Both the position numbers and the translations under genes were made by a program. Positions 1 to 9,922 of a DNA stretch of 58,567 nucleotides are shown one piece after another (position 1 is the stretch's first letter; each line of letters starts with the position of its first letter). Below the pieces are notes generated by a model. That model saw nothing but the letters and a program-made list of their open reading frames with translations. It ran no database searches and was not told the DNA's origin. The stretch is taken from the sequence record PZ445423.1, one strand, 5' to 3'. The stretch is from a phage.

Positions 1-1560
1 ATGGAGCTAAACCGACAACCTGATAACATGCCGCGAGTCGTCTGGAAACCACATCCAGGTTCACAGACACTCGCTCTATCCTGCCCCGCTGATATTATCC
101 TATACCACGGAACTCGCGGTCCTGGAAAAACGGACTGCCAGCTTATGCGTTTCCGTAAGAATGTTGGTGTAGGGTACGGTAAATTTTGGAAGGGTATTAT
201 ATTCGACCGTGAATATAAAAACCTTGATGACCTTGTAACTAAATCCCAGCGTTGGTTTCCTGAATTTAAAGACGGGGCTAAATTCCTTAGCTCTAAGTCT
301 GATTATAAATGGGTTTGGCCTACAGGTGAAGAGCTACTGTTCCGCGTTGCTTGTAAAGAAAAGGATTACTGGTCTTATCACGGTCACGAATACCCATTTA
401 TCGGATGGAACGAATTAACAAAATATCCGGACGGGCGTTTGTTTGAAGCTATGATGTCCTGTAACCGTTCATCTTTCTTACCAGAAGATAACCCAATTAT
501 CAATCCAGATGGTACGGTCACATATTTACCAGACATTCCTCTGGAAGTGTTTGCCACCAGTAACCCGTTTGGCGCCGGGCATAACTGGGTTAAGAAACGC
601 TTCATTGACGCTGCACCGATGGGTAAAATACTCAGGAAGACTACGCGAGTGTTTAACCCGAGGACGCAGAAAGACGAAGATGTGGTTACGACGCAATGCC
701 ATATCTTTGGTTCGTACCGTGAAAACAAAAACCTAAGTCCAAAATATATTGCAGAACTTATGTCTATCACAGACCCGAACAAGCGTGCTGCATGGTTGGG
801 CGGGAGCTGGGATATTACATCCGGTGGTATGTTCGATGACCTGTGGCGTAGCACTGTTCACAAAGTACGACCATTCCCAATTCCAGCAAGTTGGAAGATT
901 ACACGTTCTTTCGACTGGGGTTCTTCAAAACCTTTCTCTGTCGGTTGGTGGGCTATTAGTGATGGTTCGGATGTTGTGCGTGAAGACGGCACTACATTCT
1001 CCACGGTCCGCGGTGACCTGTTTAGGATTAACGAATGGTATGGGACCAACGGTAAAACAAACGAAGGTCTACATTTGCTGGACTCAGAAATTGCAAGCGG
1101 TATACTGGAGCGGGAATTGGCCTGGGGTATACACGATCGTGTAGTTCCTGGTCCTGCGGATAACTCCATTTGGGATCTGGAGAACAATAACTCCACCGCT
1201 GCAACAATGGCGAAGAAAATTCGTCTTAACGGGAAGTTATACAACGGTATACATTGGAAGCGCAGTGATAAGTCTGCTGGGTCACGTAAACGAGGCTGGC
1301 AGAAAATGCGTGAGTTCCTTAAAGCTGCACTGCGGGAAGATGCGAACGGTAAACCTTTGCTCGGTCCGCGCGAGAATCCCGCAATGTACATTTTTGATAA
1401 CTGCAACTATTTCTTTGAGCTGGTTCCAAGTCTACCTCGCGATGAAGTAGATCAGGACGACGTTGATACGGAATGTGAAGACCATATGGGTGATGAAGTT
1501 CGTTATATGGTTCTGGATCAAGCTGTTTATACAGGTGTTGGCAAAACTATCGGTATTTAA
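1..1560 (+). CDS. terL: terminase large subunit
   Basis: 519-aa ORF with Walker-A-like GTRGPGKT near the N-terminus and an acidic C-terminal nuclease-like region; first gene upstream of the portal/capsid genes. Confidence 0.8.
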   Translation: MELNRQPDNMPRVVWKPHPGSQTLALSCPADIILYHGTRGPGKTDCQLMRFRKNVGVGYGKFWKGIIFDREYKNLDDLVTKSQRWFPEFKDGAKFLSSKSDYKWVWPTGEELLFRVACKEKDYWSYHGHEYPFIGWNELTKYPDGRLFEAMMSCNRSSFLPEDNPIINPDGTVTYLPDIPLEVFATSNPFGAGHNWVKKRFIDAAPMGKILRKTTRVFNPRTQKDEDVVTTQCHIFGSYRENKNLSPKYIAELMSITDPNKRAAWLGGSWDITSGGMFDDLWRSTVHKVRPFPIPASWKITRSFDWGSSKPFSVGWWAISDGSDVVREDGTTFSTVRGDLFRINEWYGTNGKTNEGLHLLDSEIASGILERELAWGIHDRVVPGPADNSIWDLENNNSTAATMAKKIRLNGKLYNGIHWKRSDKSAGSRKRGWQKMREFLKAALREDANGKPLLGPRENPAMYIFDNCNYFFELVPSLPRDEVDQDDVDTECEDHMGDEVRYMVLDQAVYTGVGKTIGI

Positions 1561-1571
1561 CTGGAGGGTAT

Positions 1572-3068
1572 ATGGGTATTGATGCAACTCACCCGCTATA
1601 TGACAAGTGGAAGGACGCATGGGTTAAGTGCAACGACTGCTATGAGGGTGAAGATAAAATTAAGGAAGAAGGTGTTAAATATCTACCACCTTTAGCTTCC
1701 ATGATTATTGATGGGATGAATAATCCTAATGATTTGGGCTTTCAACGTTGGCTCGCTTATCGTCTGCGTGCTAACTTCCCTGACGATTATTCAAGTGCGG
1801 TTACAAACAATTTAGGTCTGCTACACCAGAAGCCTCCTACAATCCAGCTCCCACCTGAAATGGAATACATGCGGGAGCTGTGTACTGCGGACGGTGAAGA
1901 CATTATTGCTCTGCTACGTCGCATCAATGAAATGCAGTTAAAAAATGGACGTTTGGGCCTGCTGCTGGATTTGCCGAAAGGTGAGGATGTAAATAACAGA
2001 CCTTATATTAGCGTTTATGATGCTTTATCCATTATCAACTGGGGTGATGGTAAAGATGAATTGGGTAATATCAACTTGAACATGGTTGTTCTGGATGAAA
2101 GCGGTCCTGTACGTGTCAATCAGTTTGACTGGAAAGAAGAGAAGCGTTATCGCGTTCTACAATTAGGTCCAATGGACACAGATGAAGTAGCAGGTGGAGC
2201 GGTCTACTCCCAACATCTGTTTATTAACAATACCAATTATGATGAAGGGCAAATGATTGCTCCTTATTATAAAGGTAATACGCTGGATGAAATTCCTTTC
2301 CAGTTTGTCAATACAACAGATATTACCCCAGCACCGGAAGCGCCGCCATTGTTGGGTCTTGCTAACATTTGTCTAAGCATGTACCGAAGTGACGCGGATT
2401 ACCGCCAATGCTTGCATATGCAGGGTCAGGATACTTTAGTTGTTGTTGGTGGTTCCATGGAAAATGGAGATAAAGCCCCTCAGCGTATTGGTCCTGGTGC
2501 AGTCATTAACGTTTCTCAGGGGGGTGACGCTAAATATGTAGGTGTTAGCGGTGACGGTTTGTCCGAGCAACGTCTCGCACTGGCAGCGGATAAGCAGGAA
2601 GCCCAAATTAAAGCCGGGCAAATGGTAAACAATACCAAGAGTACGCAGGAATCAGGCGAAGCTATGAAAACGCGTATTGCTGCGCGTACAGCTAGTTTGA
2701 TTCGGATTGCGTATACTGGTGCGGCTGGTCTGGAAAACTTGCTGAAGGTTTGCGCTAAGTGGATGGGCGCTGATCCCGAGAAAGTTGTGGTCAAGCCTAA
2801 TCTTGAATTTACCAAGAGCATGTTTAACGGTCAGGACTTTGTTCAAATTATTACTGCACGCAACCTTAAGGCTCCGATCAGTTTGCAGTCTATTCATGGC
2901 TGGCTTGTTGATCAGGGCTTAACCACACTAAGCTTTGAAGAAGAAATGGCAATTCTTGAAGAAGAGCTTAAGAAGTGGCCTCTGCCCGATGATGCTAAAG
3001 CTGATTTAAACGCAGAGCAGCAAGTAAGCAAAGATCCTAAGGAAGACGACGCTTCCGATAAAGAATAG
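1572..3068 (+). CDS. portal protein (putative)
   Basis: 498-aa ORF directly after terL, with SD GGAGGG before the ATG and an acidic C-terminal tail; assigned by size and position. Confidence 0.55.
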   Translation: MGIDATHPLYDKWKDAWVKCNDCYEGEDKIKEEGVKYLPPLASMIIDGMNNPNDLGFQRWLAYRLRANFPDDYSSAVTNNLGLLHQKPPTIQLPPEMEYMRELCTADGEDIIALLRRINEMQLKNGRLGLLLDLPKGEDVNNRPYISVYDALSIINWGDGKDELGNINLNMVVLDESGPVRVNQFDWKEEKRYRVLQLGPMDTDEVAGGAVYSQHLFINNTNYDEGQMIAPYYKGNTLDEIPFQFVNTTDITPAPEAPPLLGLANICLSMYRSDADYRQCLHMQGQDTLVVVGGSMENGDKAPQRIGPGAVINVSQGGDAKYVGVSGDGLSEQRLALAADKQEAQIKAGQMVNNTKSTQESGEAMKTRIAARTASLIRIAYTGAAGLENLLKVCAKWMGADPEKVVVKPNLEFTKSMFNGQDFVQIITARNLKAPISLQSIHGWLVDQGLTTLSFEEEMAILEEELKKWPLPDDAKADLNAEQQVSKDPKEDDASDKE

Positions 3069-3163
3069 TTGCAACTTCCAAGTTGATTGGTTTATATTAA
3101 CGAACACGGGGCTGGGACGGCTCAGCTCCAAAAACGTCACACGGGTGACAACGGAGATAAGAA

Positions 3164-4036
3164 ATGAAAAAGAGTTCTGTAGCTATTAGTGTTGGTATGG
3201 CTTTAATTAATCCACGCGCTCGCGGTGAAGGTGATGTGGAACTGGAATACGAATATGCATCTGCGGAAGAGATCCCGGCAGAGTTTGCAACTCTTTACGC
3301 AGAGCAGGGCGGTAAATACGTTCTTGCAAAAGTTAAAGGTGTAGCCCCTGCTGATAGCGTTCGTCGTCTGGAAAGTGCATTAGCAAAAGAACGTAACGAC
3401 CATCGCCAGGTGAAGCAACAGATTAGCGCACTTGGGCGTCCGGTTGAAGAAGTCCTTGCGGACCTTGATCGTATCCCTCAACTGGAAGCTGCCGCTAACG
3501 GTAAAGGTACTCCGGAAGACATCGAAAAGATGGTTAAAGCCCGTCTTGCTCCGCTCGAGCGTCAATTGCAAACTGTAGCAGCTGAACGCGATTCCGTTAA
3601 GCAGGAAATTGAAGGCTACCGCACTCGCGAAACTAAAGCGAAGATTAAAGACGCAGTTATTGCTGCTGCATCCGGTGCTAAGCTGCGTCCGTCTGCTATC
3701 GAAGATGCGGTGACTTATGCACAGTTGCAAATGACCGTCGACGAGAACGGCAATGTGGTTACGAAAGATGGGGCTGGTGTAACTCCATACCTAACTCCAG
3801 CGGATTGGCTTAACGAGATCCTCCCGAAACGTCCTCACTGGGTTGAGGGTTCTGCTGGTGGCGGTGCGTCTGGTCCGGGCGCTGGCGGCCATCACGGTGA
3901 AGACCCATACAGTCACGACGGTTGGAACATCTCTAAGCAGATGAATCTCTGGAAAACTAATCAATCTTTAGCTAAACGCTTAGCTGAAAAGAATGGCGTA
4001 GACCCGCTGAAGCCTGTACGTCCTGCTAAGAAATAA
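3164..4036 (+). CDS. scaffolding protein (putative)
   Basis: 290-aa charged, coiled-coil-like ORF between portal and capsid genes, with a Gly-rich C-terminus; positional call. Confidence 0.45.
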   Translation: MKKSSVAISVGMALINPRARGEGDVELEYEYASAEEIPAEFATLYAEQGGKYVLAKVKGVAPADSVRRLESALAKERNDHRQVKQQISALGRPVEEVLADLDRIPQLEAAANGKGTPEDIEKMVKARLAPLERQLQTVAAERDSVKQEIEGYRTRETKAKIKDAVIAAASGAKLRPSAIEDAVTYAQLQMTVDENGNVVTKDGAGVTPYLTPADWLNEILPKRPHWVEGSAGGGASGPGAGGHHGEDPYSHDGWNISKQMNLWKTNQSLAKRLAEKNGVDPLKPVRPAKK

Positions 4037-4037
4037 G

Positions 4038-4083
4038 TTGACATCCCGACGTCCCTGATGTTAAGTTTCAACACATCAGGGAC
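4038..4083 (+). promoter_or_regulatory. TTGACA hexamer plus 11-bp perfect inverted repeat upstream of the capsid gene
   Basis: TTGACA at 4038-4043 and TTAAGT 17 nt downstream; stem GTCCCTGATGT (4051-4061) pairs with ACATCAGGGAC (4073-4083); no U-tract follows. Confidence 0.3.
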
Positions 4084-4158
4084 ACGGGTTCCTAAACAGC
4101 CTTCCACGGGGAAAGGCTACCAACAGTAAACAAATCAATCCTTTTCCTGGAGACAAGT

Positions 4159-5211
4159 ATGTCTAAATCTAAAATTATTCTGCCATTTGGTCGTGGTGAA
4201 ACTGACCTGACTCGTTTGAAGGATGTCATTGTCCCTGAGATCTTCACTGGTTATGTACAGACGCAGACCGCTAAACTTTCTGCTCTGATTCAATCCGGTG
4301 CGGTTGTAATGGACGAGCGTTTATCTGCTAACCTTGCTGGTGCAGGTCTGACTTTTAACGAGCCGTTCTATAACGACCTGAAAGATGAAGACGAAGATAT
4401 CGCTGTTGATAAAGGCGATCCGTCCAAACCGTCTAACATCACTACCGGATCTGAAGTTCAGGTTCGTATGAGTCGTTCAAAATCCTGGGGTTCTGCGGAT
4501 CTGGTATCAGCTTTGATTGGTAACGACCCAATGACCGCTATCGGTAACCGCGTGTCTACGTGGTGGGTCCGCCGTCTGCAAGCTGCATACATCGCAACCT
4601 GGAAAGGTGTATTTGCTAATGCGAAGAAATCACATAACGACGATTTGACTTTCGACATCTCTAGTTCTTCTTTTGTAAATAACCAGACCAACTTTACCGC
4701 GTCTAACTTCATCAACGCAACTGCAACGATGGGTGATGCTGCCCGCGGTCTGACTATGATTATGGTACACTCTACCGTTCGTAACCGTATGCGTCAGTTG
4801 AACCTGATCGACTTCATTCCAGATGCTCGCGGTGAAACTCAGTTTGAGTATTATCAGGGTCTGCGTATTATTGAAGACGACTCCATGCCACACGATCCGT
4901 CTGCTGGTGTGTTTGAAAGCTGGCTGTTCGGCCCGGGCGCAACTGCAATGGGTGCTGGATCACCGAAAGTTCCGACCGCTGTGGTGCGTGACGAAGCCGC
5001 TAACCAAGGCGCTGGTGAAGAAGTTCTTCACAACCGTGTTGAATGGATTCTGCATCCGGTTGGCCATGCTTGGGCTGCTGCTCAAACTGCTAAAGGTGGT
5101 CCGTCTAACGCTGCTACCACTAACAACCTGGCCCATGAAGATTCCTGGCGTCGTGCGTTCCCTGAGCGCAAGCAGCTTAAAGTTGCACGCCTGATCACTC
5201 GTGAGTATTAG
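4159..5211 (+). CDS. major capsid protein (putative)
   Basis: 350-aa ORF after the scaffold gene, SD GGAGA, followed by a strong terminator; positional call. Confidence 0.6.
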   Translation: MSKSKIILPFGRGETDLTRLKDVIVPEIFTGYVQTQTAKLSALIQSGAVVMDERLSANLAGAGLTFNEPFYNDLKDEDEDIAVDKGDPSKPSNITTGSEVQVRMSRSKSWGSADLVSALIGNDPMTAIGNRVSTWWVRRLQAAYIATWKGVFANAKKSHNDDLTFDISSSSFVNNQTNFTASNFINATATMGDAARGLTMIMVHSTVRNRMRQLNLIDFIPDARGETQFEYYQGLRIIEDDSMPHDPSAGVFESWLFGPGATAMGAGSPKVPTAVVRDEAANQGAGEEVLHNRVEWILHPVGHAWAAAQTAKGGPSNAATTNNLAHEDSWRRAFPERKQLKVARLITREY

Positions 5212-5251
5212 GGTTCCTAAGGCTTCACTCAACGCCGCGCTGTAGTATTTT

Positions 5252-5278
5252 GGGGACATCTTATGTCCCCTCTTTTTT
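5252..5278 (+). terminator. rho-independent terminator after the capsid gene
   Basis: GGGGACA-tcttA-TGTCCCC hairpin followed by TCTTTTTT. Confidence 0.75.
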
Positions 5279-5290
5279 AGGAGAACAACC

Positions 5291-5614
5291 ATGCGTTATC
5301 AACGTTATGAGCGACATGACTTGATGGAAAAATCGTTGCAGGTGGAGCCAATTTCGATTGCTCTCGATCCTGCTAAGATTGACACCACAACTTCAGAAGT
5401 AAAAACGGTTACTGTTAAAATAAACTTTGTCCCAGGCGGAACTACAAACAAAGCGTATAGCGCGTCAGTTGACGGTTCCTCTGCTACAATTAAAGACAAC
5501 GGGGACGGTACAATTACCGTGACCACAACCGAAAGCAGCGGTACTTCAAACTTGACAGTAACGTCCAAGGCAAAGGATAGTGTTACTGGTACATGTGTTA
5601 TTAATGTGACCTAA
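5291..5614 (+). CDS. Ig-like domain protein, possible capsid decoration
   Basis: 107-aa Thr/Ser/Val-rich beta-strand-like sequence (TVTVKINF, TITVTTTESSG, NLTVTSKAKDSVTGTCVINVT); SD AGGAGA. Confidence 0.4.
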   Translation: MRYQRYERHDLMEKSLQVEPISIALDPAKIDTTTSEVKTVTVKINFVPGGTTNKAYSASVDGSSATIKDNGDGTITVTTTESSGTSNLTVTSKAKDSVTGTCVINVT

Positions 5615-5630
5615 AAATAAGGATTAAACA

Positions 5631-6284
5631 ATGAAGACATTAATTGAAGCATTGTTAGAACTTGATCCGGAAAACCCGAATCATTGGACCAGCGATGGCT
5701 TACCTAAAGTAGACGCTCTGCGTTTCGCTACCGCTAACCCGTCTTTAACCCGCGACGATATTACGACTGCTGCCCCTCTATTCACCCGCGACAACCGCGT
5801 GCTGGAAGAGCCCGAGCCTGTGGAACCCGTTAAATCTGCTGATCCAGTTTTACATGAAGCAGTTAAACAGGAGAAAGCTCATGAAGAACAAAAGAAAGTC
5901 GCGGTTGCAACGATGCAAATCGAAGTTAAGATTAGCGAAGCACTGCGTGCTCTTCTGGAGCCGGAAAAAATCGGTGACGCTTCCATCTTAACCGATGAAG
6001 AACTGAAAGCGAAGCGCGAAAAGCTTAGCAATGTGGTTAAAGAGATTGCCCACACTAAGCACGCGTTGGAGCTCGCTATCGCAGACGTTCAAGCGGATCT
6101 GGATAAGATTATCGTTGAGCAGGAGCGTCGTCGTCCTAAGTCCGGTCTTACTGCAACTCAAATGTATCTTGAAGCGCAGAAAAAACGTAAACCGGAAGAC
6201 ATGCTTTCTGACCATCGCTTCCAGAACCCTATTGACGATCCGGTCGCCCGTATGGTTGCACGTAATATGATGCGTCGAGGTTAA
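5631..6284 (+). CDS. hypothetical protein in the head module
   Basis: 217-aa ORF with SD AAGGA and a charged coiled-coil-like middle region. Confidence 0.4.
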   Translation: MKTLIEALLELDPENPNHWTSDGLPKVDALRFATANPSLTRDDITTAAPLFTRDNRVLEEPEPVEPVKSADPVLHEAVKQEKAHEEQKKVAVATMQIEVKISEALRALLEPEKIGDASILTDEELKAKREKLSNVVKEIAHTKHALELAIADVQADLDKIIVEQERRRPKSGLTATQMYLEAQKKRKPEDMLSDHRFQNPIDDPVARMVARNMMRRG

Positions 6285-6422
6285 CCATGGAAATGAGCCA
6301 TAGACAACATGTGTTGTGGCTCCTCCGACGTAATAGAAAACGGCGTCAAGAAGGTGCCGTTTCTGTTCCTGAAGAAGAGCTCCCGCCGCTTATCCCTACA
6401 ACCATCGCAATGAGGAAGAAAG

Positions 6423-6929
6423 ATGGAGATTCCACTGATAGTTGAAGATGGTACTGGTGTACCGGACGCCAACAGTTATGTCACCATTGAACAAGTCCGC
6501 ATGTATGCAGCAATGCGAGGTATTGTACTTCCAAGTGAAGACGAAGATCTAAAGACAAAGATCTTTGACGCTATGGATTTTGTGGAAGGGTACAGCCAAC
6601 GCTTTAAAGGTTATAAAATTGACCCACAGCAACCGCTAAATTGGCCCCGCTACGGGGTTTTTGTGGATGGGTTCGAGCTACCCCAAAGCCCCTTACCAAA
6701 GGTGCTTATAAACGCTGTTTGCCAGCTTACAGCGGACTCAGCTACTGGCGGTCCGCTTAATGGGAAAACTACCGCATATGCAGTCAAAAGAACTAAAGTA
6801 GAAGGTCTTGAGATTGAATATGCAACTGGTAGCACAGCACAGTCAGGTCCAGCAAAAACATATGATAAAGCTATGACGTTTTTATCACCTTTGCTGGGTT
6901 ATCAAATGGGTAATAGATTGATACGGTGA
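6423..6929 (+). CDS. head-tail connector/adaptor (putative)
   Basis: 168-aa ORF between head and tail genes; positional call. Confidence 0.35.
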   Translation: MEIPLIVEDGTGVPDANSYVTIEQVRMYAAMRGIVLPSEDEDLKTKIFDAMDFVEGYSQRFKGYKIDPQQPLNWPRYGVFVDGFELPQSPLPKVLINAVCQLTADSATGGPLNGKTTAYAVKRTKVEGLEIEYATGSTAQSGPAKTYDKAMTFLSPLLGYQMGNRLIR

Positions 6930-6932
6930 TTT

Positions 6933-7313
6933 ATGAGCTTTCCTTACGAGCAGCTAGTTGAAGCTGCAAAGCAAATGATCAACGATGCTGGTGTTAACTG
7001 TACCCTTGTTGTTATGGAGCAAGGGGAAGGTCAAGATGAATGGGACGATCCGAGCGTTGAAAAACGATACCCATTCATTGGAGCTTTCCTTTCACCGAAG
7101 GAAAAGATGATTGGCGGCAGTCTTGTTTCTGCTGGTGAACTGAAAGTGTTGACTTACCCAATGACACCTCCATTGACTCGCGATAAAGCAATGACTGCAC
7201 GCATTGAGCGTGTGTCACCGGATGGGGAACTGGAAGTGTGGACCATAAATGAGTTTGTTGATACACGACCAGCTAATGTTTCTGTTCTTTACACTTTTAA
7301 GGTGACGCGATAA
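6933..7313 (+). CDS. head-tail joining protein (putative)
   Basis: 126-aa ORF packed tightly with its neighbours. Confidence 0.35.
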   Translation: MSFPYEQLVEAAKQMINDAGVNCTLVVMEQGEGQDEWDDPSVEKRYPFIGAFLSPKEKMIGGSLVSAGELKVLTYPMTPPLTRDKAMTARIERVSPDGELEVWTINEFVDTRPANVSVLYTFKVTR

Positions 7314-7720
7314 TGGGATTCGGGGCGGATATTCGACGTGCAAGTCAGAAGGTACTTGTTCAGACAAGCGAGCAGGCCAAAAAAGTCGTTGTCAAGTTCA
7401 CAGAGAACGTGATACAGGATACTCCTGTTAAGACCGGACGCACAAAAGGTGGTTGGCGGTCATCCATTGGTGCGCCGTATGCAACGGAAACTATCCGCCT
7501 CGATCCTACTGGAGAGATGGCTAAAGCTGAAGCCCGAGTTGTTGCACGCCAACTACCTAATGATAAAGACTGGACTTTTTATTTTAGCAACATGACACCA
7601 TATGCTGGCAAACTGGAATACTTAGGTTGGTCACAGCAAGCTCCGAACGGTATGGTTCGTATTAACGTAGCGAAGCTTCCAATGTTGATACGTCAAGCTA
7701 TAGCAGAAGGAAAACTATAA
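7313..7720 (+). CDS. HK97 gp10-like head-tail/tail component
   Basis: 135 aa; DTPVKTGRTKGGW resembles the PVDTGxLRxS signature of HK97 gp10-like proteins; start overlaps the upstream stop. Confidence 0.5.
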   Translation: MGFGADIRRASQKVLVQTSEQAKKVVVKFTENVIQDTPVKTGRTKGGWRSSIGAPYATETIRLDPTGEMAKAEARVVARQLPNDKDWTFYFSNMTPYAGKLEYLGWSQQAPNGMVRINVAKLPMLIRQAIAEGKL

Positions 7721-8169
7721 TGCTTGGATACGATTTCATTAATGATGCATTTAATAAGATGCTACGCGAAGCAGTTGGACCGGATATTGGTATAGCGTGG
7801 AAGAATAAGAAGTTCACACCTAAAGCCAACCAGATGTGGTTAAGGGCAATTAATGCTCCTGCTTCCACTTACGCTGCAACACTAGGTGATAACGGTCTCA
7901 ATGAAATTCCTGGCTTCTACCAAATCACAGTATATAGCCCTTTAAACACTGGAACGTCTAAGCAGAATCAAATCTTGGATTCTATTCGGAAAAAGTTTAA
8001 ACTAGGCTTGCGTATCCCGTGCCCGGATGACCACACGTTACGGATAGTCAGTTTAGACTTTTCGCAAGGTGGGCAAACTTCGCTGAACGATTTTACCAAA
8101 GGCGGGGTTGAAGATAACTGGGACGTTAACTTTATCACAATCTATTGGTCGGCTCGTGAGCCGAGGTAA
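7720..8169 (+). CDS. tail completion/terminator protein (putative)
   Basis: 149-aa ORF immediately before the putative major tail gene. Confidence 0.35.
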   Translation: MLGYDFINDAFNKMLREAVGPDIGIAWKNKKFTPKANQMWLRAINAPASTYAATLGDNGLNEIPGFYQITVYSPLNTGTSKQNQILDSIRKKFKLGLRIPCPDDHTLRIVSLDFSQGGQTSLNDFTKGGVEDNWDVNFITIYWSAREPR

Positions 8170-8183
8170 GAGAGGATCTAAAT

Positions 8184-9107
8184 ATGGCTACAGGTTCACG
8201 TTATTCGTGTTACTACGTCAAAGAAGATGTAAGCAACACTACGCCAGCGAATGCGAAGTTTACCCCGTTCCGTGTTACCAGCTCCGGTCTGGACATTAAT
8301 ATTGCAACGCTGGAATCTGAAGAACTGCGTGATGACGCAGAAACCGCAGACTTCCGTCTTGGCGCTCGAAGCGTTGAAGGTACGGTAACGGGCGAAATGT
8401 CCTTCGGTACGTTTGACGACCTCATTGCGGCAGCACTGCGCGGTGAATGGCAGGGCAACGTCCTTAAAGGCGGTATTGTTCGCCAGTCATTTACTTTTGT
8501 AGACTATAACGCAGATCTGCCATCAGGTAAATACACAATCTATCGCGGTTGTGAAGTTAACAGCATGACTTTCTCATTGTCTGCTGAAAACATGACCACA
8601 GTAGAGTTCGGTATTGTTGGTCGCTCGATGGAAATTGCGGAATCGCTCCCATCTGGTGCAACTATCAAAGAGCGTACAACTACTTCCCCGATGGACGGTT
8701 TCTCCGGTCGCTTGCTGGAAAACGACAAAGAGATCAGCGTTATTACGGAAATTGGTCTTACTGTTGAAAACGATATTGCACCGCGCTTTGTTGTTGGTTC
8801 TAAGTTCTCCATTGAACCGTCCGCTGGTCGTCGTGCGGTAACTGGTACAGCTAACGTTTACTTCCTGGATAACAAACTGCGTATGAAGTATCTGGATGAA
8901 GTGGAAACTTCAATCAAGTTTGATCTGATTGACCCAAGCAATCCGGAACAAAAATACACTGTGGAAATCCCTCGCGTGAAGTTCACTGAAGCTCCGCGTC
9001 CTATTGACGGTGAAGGGGATATCATGCTTAATATGGGCTATCGCGGATTGCTGGACCCAACAACCGCAAGTTCCATCAAAATTACCCGCGTTCTAGCGGC
9101 AGCATAA
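8184..9107 (+). CDS. major tail (tube) protein (putative)
   Basis: 307-aa ORF directly upstream of the chaperone and tape-measure genes. Confidence 0.5.
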   Translation: MATGSRYSCYYVKEDVSNTTPANAKFTPFRVTSSGLDINIATLESEELRDDAETADFRLGARSVEGTVTGEMSFGTFDDLIAAALRGEWQGNVLKGGIVRQSFTFVDYNADLPSGKYTIYRGCEVNSMTFSLSAENMTTVEFGIVGRSMEIAESLPSGATIKERTTTSPMDGFSGRLLENDKEISVITEIGLTVENDIAPRFVVGSKFSIEPSAGRRAVTGTANVYFLDNKLRMKYLDEVETSIKFDLIDPSNPEQKYTVEIPRVKFTEAPRPIDGEGDIMLNMGYRGLLDPTTASSIKITRVLAAA

Positions 9108-9116
9108 GGATAAGAG

Positions 9117-9524
9117 ATGACCGACACCAAAAAAGCCAAAGTTGCAGTAGCTAAAAGCTTCCGTGATTTTAAAACTGTGAGCCGGGCTAACGACCCGGCA
9201 AACACTAAGCCTATGAATGTGGTTATTCCTGGTGTAGGCGACACTGGCGAAAAACTCTACATTCGTAGCCGCTACTGCACAGAGTACCGTGATGCTGAAC
9301 TGAAAGCACAGCGTCAACTGTTGGCGCTTATGCAGGGTAAAGACGGTGAAGTAACGGATGCTATGAAGGAAGATATCCTTACCCGTTCACTGTGTAACCT
9401 TGTAGCAGGTTGGACTTTTGACGAGCCACCGACTGTTGACAACGTGTTTGAGTTCTTAACGGAGAACCCAACTGTCCGAGAAGATCTTAACGTATTTGCC
9501 GCCAAAGATAGTAATTTTTTCTAA
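9117..9524 (+). CDS. tail assembly chaperone (G-like)
   Basis: 135-aa ORF just upstream of the tape measure gene; ends at a TTTTTTC slippery heptamer. Confidence 0.55.
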   Translation: MTDTKKAKVAVAKSFRDFKTVSRANDPANTKPMNVVIPGVGDTGEKLYIRSRYCTEYRDAELKAQRQLLALMQGKDGEVTDAMKEDILTRSLCNLVAGWTFDEPPTVDNVFEFLTENPTVREDLNVFAAKDSNFF

Positions 9525-9922
9525 AAGCGCGCAGACAGTTAATTGATAAGAAGATCCTCCAATGGGAACTAAATAGCAAAGTCCCCGGCGGGGGATCTTC
9601 TTTATTATCACAACTGCAAAAGGTTGAGGAACAGTCTGGTAAGACGCCGCCTAAGCTTAAAGAATATCGGGAAAAGGAAATACCGATTTGCTTTGAATAC
9701 CTGTCTACTTTATTTGATGATATTTACACTGGAGGGGATTTTAGTTATACAGAATTGCACAGCTATCAGGTAACAATGGGCTTACATCTTCAACCGTACG
9801 AATGCGAAATACTGCGACAGCTATGGCTTGAAAAGCGCGTGTCTGAAGCTGAACAAAATGCTAAACTCATGGAAAGTCAAATGCAAAATCAGAATAAAGG
9901 TAGAAGGAAAAGGAGAAGATAA
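9515..9922 (+). CDS. -1 frame extension of the tail assembly chaperone (GT-like fusion if joined to 9117-9521)
   Basis: The -1 frame is open for 135 codons from 9515 to a TAA overlapping the tape-measure ATG; T_TTT_TTC heptamer at 9515-9521. Confidence 0.45.
   Translation, partial: FFLKARRQLIDKKILQWELNSKVPGGGSSLLSQLQKVEEQSGKTPPKLKEYREKEIPICFEYLSTLFDDIYTGGDFSYTELHSYQVTMGLHLQPYECEILRQLWLEKRVSEAEQNAKLMESQMQNQNKGRRKRRR

Noticed and set aside
384-1620. Several - strand ORFs (384-854, 858-1406, 1432-1620) and nested + strand ORFs inside terL.
   Set aside because: All lie inside the long, motif-supported terL frame and have no SD; typical antisense or off-frame artefacts. The same reasoning applies to short ORFs nested in the portal, capsid, tape measure, tail tip and fiber genes.
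3090-3135. GC-rich stem-loop (GGGGCTGGG...CTCAGCTCC) between the portal and scaffold genes.
   Set aside because: It is followed by an A-run rather than a U-run on the + strand, so it is not a convincing intrinsic terminator; possibly an mRNA structure, but unsupported.
6287-6442. 51-codon basic ORF (MEMSHRQHVLWLLRRNRKRRQEG...) in the gap between the genes at 5631-6284 and 6423-6929.
   Set aside because: No recognisable SD and a highly basic, low-complexity translation; it overlaps the next gene start. Not enough evidence to call it a gene.
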